The notes beneath the pieces were generated by a model that was not told where the DNA came from, did no database searches, and saw only the letters and a program-made list of their open reading frames with translations. From positions 1-64,000 of the forward strand of contig JAUCBJ010008121.1 in the NCBI GenBank assembly GCA_032718475.1: a DNA stretch of 64,000 nt. Reading direction: 5' to 3'. This DNA is from Nemertoderma westbladi (lineage: Eukaryota > Animalia > Xenacoelomorpha). Each line of letters opens with the position of its first letter. Position 1 is the stretch's first letter. Position numbers and translations under genes: made by a program. Below, one piece after another: positions 57,917 to 64,000 of the stretch.

Positions 57917-60088
57917 GTTTGTTTACACAGTTGAATGTCTACTGCTATATTACAGTCTAAGCAAGTCTAGTAATTCAGTGTTAACTGCTAGCCTAGTAAT
58001 TAATTACCGATACTGCTACTCAGTGTAGCGTGATATATATATAATATTAGAATACCGGTATGTTTATGGTATATATTAGTATTATTGCAGACTAGGTTTT
58101 TCACAGAAACCGGTATATAATTTTAGCACAAATATATATAAATATATAATAGGCCTATCGTGGATACCGGTATGCAGTTTACACCTATAATGTATATATA
58201 TAAGTATAATTACAGACTAGAATTAATTACAGAATACCGGTATGATTTCAGCACAAGTATATAAATATATAATAGGCCTATCGTAAATACCGGTATATCA
58301 ATTATTTTAAATAATTGAATTTCTGAATTTTAAGGGTTACTTGGTTACTTTAACTTACTTTATTACCGTTATTTAAGCAGTAGTCCAACTGATATTGAGA
58401 CCTAATTGTTGTATGGCAGGCCTACTATTTATAAATCGTTTGAGTTGATTTATAATATATATATACCCGTTTAATGGGTTTTGTCAATGTTGAAATAAAT
58501 GTTATTATTTCTGGGGAGTAATCACTACACAAAGCGGTGCGCTTTCAGTGAAGTGTTACTTATAGGACACTAAAACAAATAATGCTAATTTACCTAAGTT
58601 ACTTAATACTACAAATTACGTACAATTCGGGTGAGATTACAATCTCTAAATAAACACAAAAATTTACAAAAAACACAAAATACGAAATTTCAGGGTAATT
58701 TTACAAGAAGTCTACAAACCAGTCTAACAAAGGGTTAGAATCTGGTTATTACAACGGACAGGTTACTACGGTATTTGAAAATAATAAGTAGTAGTAAATA
58801 CACTGCGCTGTCCAGATAGGAAAATACCACCGCCTGACGACCTATAGCCGTATCGCTATAGGTACTACGTTATGTATCACGGAGTGTTCCTACCTAGAAG
58901 TTAATAGAGCTAATCGAACGTGCCTATCAACCACTTTACAACACAAATATAATGTCTACACTAATTACTTTCGGAAAGCACTGTACACTAAACCCTAAAT
59001 TAGGTACGAGTACTTGTACAACAGATAATCAGTAGTTAAATAAATTATTGCTATACGAATCCTATTTGTATACAATATATTTTATGATAGCATTCAGAGG
59101 ATTAAACTATATAACACAATTCCTTAGTTAAAACCTGAAGTTTTGCAATACCATTTGTAAACGCAAGGTGGTGATATACAAATTCTATCACGCCGCAGTC
59201 ACAAGCATACCGCGTGAATTGTATGTCTGATTGCCATCAGCTATTTAGCTACAGAACCAGCTCTGTATCATTCAGCAGACAATATCCTTTAAGGATGAAT
59301 TAATTTTTAAATAGCCTTTATCATTTGATATGAATCTGAGTAAAATAAATTATTTTACATTTCTGCATTTTGTACCATAGCCTATGCCAGTATGCTACCA
59401 TGGCATATGGCCTAACAGTCTGACATTCCAGCATTCAGACAGTTCTGCAGTTCCATCATGGACCAATTACTGGTTCCCGTATACACGTAGGCATACCTCA
59501 GTACCTGCATACTGCTGTACTTCTTACTGCACAGGCAGAACTGCATACAGGACCATAGGACATCGCATAGCTGGATGGGCCTACAGGTTTGCAAATGTAA
59601 ACTACAATCAGATAATACCGTAATCAGGTAATACAGTAATAGCCTGCAGGGCCTAGGCGGCCTCCACTGATATACTGACAGACTGACATACACCCACATA
59701 GCTGCACACATGAAATCCAGTAATCAGATGATGGATGACTCTGACGTCCCAACTCCCCGACCTCAAAGTAAATAGGCCCTACAGTACCCAGGCACCAGGT
59801 GGCCAAGTACCGGCTGACCGGTTATGTTTAGTTAAATTGCAACAATTCTGCATTACTACATTGGCTGATTGGCAGTGCAACAGTAAGACGCCTAGCCAGA
59901 CTCAGAGACTGCCAGATAGTGGCAGAATTGGCGCGTTGTATAGGCCTAGTTTACTAGGCTGCTAGGTGCGGTTACGGTACCGGTACAGCGGTACCTACCT
60001 CAGTCAGTCAATAACTACAATCCTGCAATATATCTGTAGGCGGTAGCCCTATCGTATAGGTCTACTATTTATATATTTTGTGTATAAT

Positions 60089-60519
60089 CCTACAGGCGTC
60101 ACCTGCAATTGCGGGAAGGCATTCAGCCAGTAGTTGTTTATTGTTATTATACACACATTAACATATTCAGATATTATAATATCATGCAGTACCAGTATGT
60201 ATATTAACGGTATTTATATTGGTTTAATAACCTACAGGCGTCACCTGATGCATTAACAGGATGACATTCAGCCAGTAGAGGCAGTTCATTTATTATAGGG
60301 CCTACACCGCCTACAGTTTATCAATCACCGCCACGCTGCCACGGCCTCAAGTTGCACTATAATATATCTATATACTGATATATATACATTATACATATAT
60401 AATATATTTATTATATTTACCGGTACAGGTATATATTCTTTATTTCAATATTATTGTTTAGAGATTTACAAACCTACAGGCGTCACCTGCAATTGCAGGA
60501 AGGCATTCAGCCAGTAGGT
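60089..60519 (+). repeat. Three dispersed copies of a ~45-nt structured motif upstream of the DIRS gag
   Basis: CCTACAGGCGTCACCTG-loop-C(A/G)GGA(A/T)G(G/A)CATTCAGCCAGTAG at 60089-133, 60231-278 and 60473-517. Confidence 0.85.
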
Positions 60520-61000
60520 GTGTCTTCGTTTATTCCTCGATATACGGTACCATAGCCTAATACCGTATGGCAGTACCTGTATGGTTGGGCATTTCAGCAC
60601 TTGGCTACTTGGTATCTATTAATTTTATATTTTGTTTTACCTATCAGTCTTTACAGCTTTAGAATAGACGTTATTATACTGTTATATTCAGTTATATAGG
60701 GCCTACATGATATAGCAGTATAGGTACGCTGAGTTGGTAGTCTGGATCATCCATCATCTGGTGACAATCACGAAATAACACAATACATACAGATATCGTT
60801 CTACAATACAGCAATTAGCTGAATACAGGAATAGGACGCGATCAATTAACTATCACATTTAGTATGTATTTAATATGTATGTATGAATTGTGTCTATGCA
60901 GTAGGCATGCAATACTAATAGGTACCGTCTGACCGTGATATAAAGCTTATGATATACTGGTACCGATATACTCATTATTACATATATATATATATGCTTT

Positions 61001-62581
61001 ATGGCTCCAAAGAAGAAGAAAGTAGGCCTACTGGTTTCCGGTAGTAGCCAAAGAGTTAAACAGACCCACACCACCAATCCCCGGGTAATTTCTGCTCGCC
61101 CTCGAATTCGTACAAGATCAACAACGAAAAGTACATCATCTGCGATTTCGGTTGCAAATAATTCTCTACCAGAATCAGCCCCTCCAGTACCAACTCAGCC
61201 TTCACTCAATATGGAATTTATCGGTAACAACCATGTCCAACCTACTAATCAAATGCCATCCACTACCGACATGTCCACCATTAGTTCTAGTAACACCATC
61301 ACAGAATCGCTGCAAACACCAATTAATACATCTAATATTAATACTGCGAATACTTGTACAACTGGTCTGCCCCAACATTTACTTCATACACCACAACAAT
61401 TTCCTTATCCGCAACATCAAATTCCTTATCCGCCGCAACAATTTCCTTATCCGCCACAACAACTTCCTTATCCGACACAACAATTCCCATACCCACCACC
61501 GCAAGGTTACACGTATAATCCATACGTTGCCCCTTATTCATACCCACCACCTCCAAACTCTAGTTGGACCCCAGCAGCTGCTGCAATGCAAGTACCAAAC
61601 AACTCCCTTACTCAGACCCTTCCAACTCAAATAGTAACAACGACATCTGCTTCTAGTCAAGTGCCTGCATTGACATCCATGGATATATCTGAAGCAGGGC
61701 AACAGATACAGCAACAAATAGCAGGTGAGTATAATAGCTATAGCGAACCATTCCTAGCAGTAGATTCGATGGTCCCAATGGAATTGAAAGAAAAGATTTG
61801 GGATCATAAGTATATTGAATTATCAGCGTTATTGAACAACCCCTCTATTCCCAAAACAAGGTCTAAGTTTCCACTGTCCATGTCATCCGATAATACAAGC
61901 CATGGTCAACCCCATCTTTACTATGAAATAGACTCAGTAAATGAGGACATCACTAGTTTCGAACAGTGGCTGATGGCTTGGAATATTTACTCATCAATAT
62001 ATGAAGAAAAGTATCCCACAGAGACGAAGAAACTCAGAAAGTCCGCGTCAATATTGAAAGATATTAAGGATAATGGTGGATCCTGGATGCTGTATGATGA
62101 GAAATTCCGACAATTCAAGCAAAACAATCCGAATAAATTCCACTGGGGTATCCCAATACAGGAGCTGTCTCTTATGGCATCGGGGCGAAAGTTACGAGAC
62201 ATAATAGTACCAACAGGTTATTGTATCAAGTTCCACACTGGTGATAAATGTACAGGAATTCTATGCGCGTTCAAACATTTATGTCCAAATTGCGGAGGAT
62301 CACATCGGTTAATCAAATGCCCGCACCCAGTTCAAGAGACGATGAATAACTCCAGCAGAAATAGACAACAGCCCTTTCCACACCCCGGTCCATCCCGAGG
62401 AAGACGCGGCCTCTCCTCATACACAGGCGGGGATCGGTATAACAACCAGCGTGGCCGCCGCAACTCCCAATACACCCCATTCCAACACTCTGGCAACAAT
62501 AGGAAGGTCGGAGGCCCCATCCTCACAACTCCCAACTCCTATCAGTTGGGACCACCTACGCCATTGGCTAACCGGATATGA
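61001..62581 (+). CDS. DIRS/Ngaro-type retrotransposon ORF1 (gag-like)
   Basis: WLMAWNIY...WMLYDEKFR...W block, CCCH plus CCHC fingers (CIKFHTGDKC...CAFKHLCPNCGGSHRLIKC), PQQFPYP 21-bp repeats; overlaps the RT ORF. Confidence 0.85.
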   Translation: MAPKKKKVGLLVSGSSQRVKQTHTTNPRVISARPRIRTRSTTKSTSSAISVANNSLPESAPPVPTQPSLNMEFIGNNHVQPTNQMPSTTDMSTISSSNTITESLQTPINTSNINTANTCTTGLPQHLLHTPQQFPYPQHQIPYPPQQFPYPPQQLPYPTQQFPYPPPQGYTYNPYVAPYSYPPPPNSSWTPAAAAMQVPNNSLTQTLPTQIVTTTSASSQVPALTSMDISEAGQQIQQQIAGEYNSYSEPFLAVDSMVPMELKEKIWDHKYIELSALLNNPSIPKTRSKFPLSMSSDNTSHGQPHLYYEIDSVNEDITSFEQWLMAWNIYSSIYEEKYPTETKKLRKSASILKDIKDNGGSWMLYDEKFRQFKQNNPNKFHWGIPIQELSLMASGRKLRDIIVPTGYCIKFHTGDKCTGILCAFKHLCPNCGGSHRLIKCPHPVQETMNNSSRNRQQPFPHPGPSRGRRGLSSYTGGDRYNNQRGRRNSQYTPFQHSGNNRKVGGPILTTPNSYQLGPPTPLANRI

Positions 62582-64000
62582 TCATTCTGAATATACATAC
62601 TTAGAAGAAGGGTTTACACAAGGTTTTCGCCTACACTATCAAGGTCCTCCTTATATTACAACTTTTACTAAAAACTCATTATCCGCAAAGGAGAAACCAG
62701 ATATTATTGATAAAAAACTACGGAAAGAAACTGAGGAAGGTAGAATAGCCGGGCCATTCCATGCCCCTCCCTTCAAATACTACCATGTTAACCCCCTTGC
62801 TCTGCGACCTAAAAGGACTCTCAATGAATTTCGAATGATTCACGATTTATCCGCCCCCTATAATAATCTTTCAGTTAATAGCAACATTAGTGAAACAGAC
62901 TCTACATGCGAATATCATACAGTTCAGGATGCCATTGATATTATTTTAGAATTGGGCCCAGGGTGTTATATGGCAAAAACTGATATTTGTTCGGCATTTA
63001 GATTAATTCCTATTTCTAAATTAGACCACCACTTAATGTGCATTCAATGGAAGGGTAAGTGGTATTACGATATGTGTTTAGAGATGGGTGCCAGTTCTAG
63101 CTGTAAGATATTTGAAGCTTTCTCAACTAGTTTGGGTTGGATTGCCATACACAAGTTAGGCATTCTTTACATCATTCACGTGCTTGATGACTTTCTAATC
63201 CTAGCAAAAGGTTCACAGGAATGCAGCGCATGGTTGGACAGATTCATGCAGCTGTGTAAGGATATTGGAGTTCCTTTATCCCCTGAAAAAACCCAAGGAC
63301 CTTCGCAGATTATGACCTTCCTAGGAATCGAGTTGGATACATTAAAATTGGAAGGATTAAAGCTCAGACTTCTATCCATAACTTGAAGAAAAAGAAGTTT
63401 GTATCAAAACGTGATCTTCTCTCAATAGTGGGATTCCTCAACTTTGCATGCCAGGTTATTGTCCCGGGGCGTGCTTTTCTTCGAAGACTTATAGATCTTG
63501 CCTCATCAGTAAAGAAAATGTTTCATTTTGTGACACTAAAATCGTGGGCAAGGGCTGATCTAGAGGCTTGGGAACATTTCCTTGAAAACTATAATGGTTG
63601 CACTTTATTCCTGAACAAGAGTTGGACTGCAAACGCGACAATTGAATTGTTCACTGACGCTGCTCAAACCAAAGGATATGGGGCAGTTTTTGGAACCCAC
63701 TGGTTATACGGGGAATGGCCCAGTAGATGGAAAGAGTGCAATAATATATCTCTTCTAGAATTATATCCTATATACCTCGCACTGGAAATCTGGGGATATC
63801 AATTAGCCGGGCAAAAAATTATATTTCGAACTGATAATGAAGGCTTAGTTCCCATAATAAACAAGAAATCCTCTAAGGACAAATCAATTATGATACTTAT
63901 CCGCCGTATTGTCCTATTATCAATAAGTAATAACTTTATGTTTAGAGCAAACCACGTCCCTGGTGTTGAGAACACTAAATGTGATTTTCTATCTCGTTTA
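62451..64000 (+). pseudogene. DIRS/Ngaro-type RT-RNase H, frameshifted near 63350-63385, truncated by window end
   Basis: FRMIHDLS, KTDICSAFR, VLDDFL, FLGIELD; continues in another frame as LLSIVGFLNFACQVIVPGRAFLRRL, LFTDAAQTKGYG, LELYPI, FRTDN. Confidence 0.88.

Noticed and set aside
59156-59203. Mini 5' LTR (tgtaaac...agtcaca) matching the ends of 48471-49846
   Set aside because: Only 7-bp end matches, no TSD, and the adjacent TGGTATTGC is not a PBS I recognise

Overview
AT-rich, repeat-dense eukaryotic DNA that looks like an invertebrate animal, with no prokaryotic features. Five conserved host genes each appear as one uninterrupted ORF: an ACSL1/5/6-type acyl-CoA ligase, a TEDC2-like protein, CDK8, a proline-racemase-family enzyme (L3HYPDH-like but with a Cys/Cys catalytic pair) and a TUT1-like nucleotidyltransferase missing two of three catalytic Asp. 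There is also one orphan split ORF. Intergenic DNA is packed with MITE/foldback elements (TA, TWA-like, 5-bp and 8-bp TSD types), two tRNA-derived SINEs, LINE fragments, a truncated Penelope element and minisatellites. The right third holds an intact 2683-aa BEL/Pao gag-pol followed by a large decayed ORF of unknown family, and a DIRS/Ngaro-type retrotransposon whose leader carries three copies of a structured motif. Paralogue comparisons show the abundant TACAGTA/TACTGTA words are 5-bp insertions at TA, as expected for Tc1/mariner excision footprints. All homology calls come from motif recognition by eye; no searches were run.
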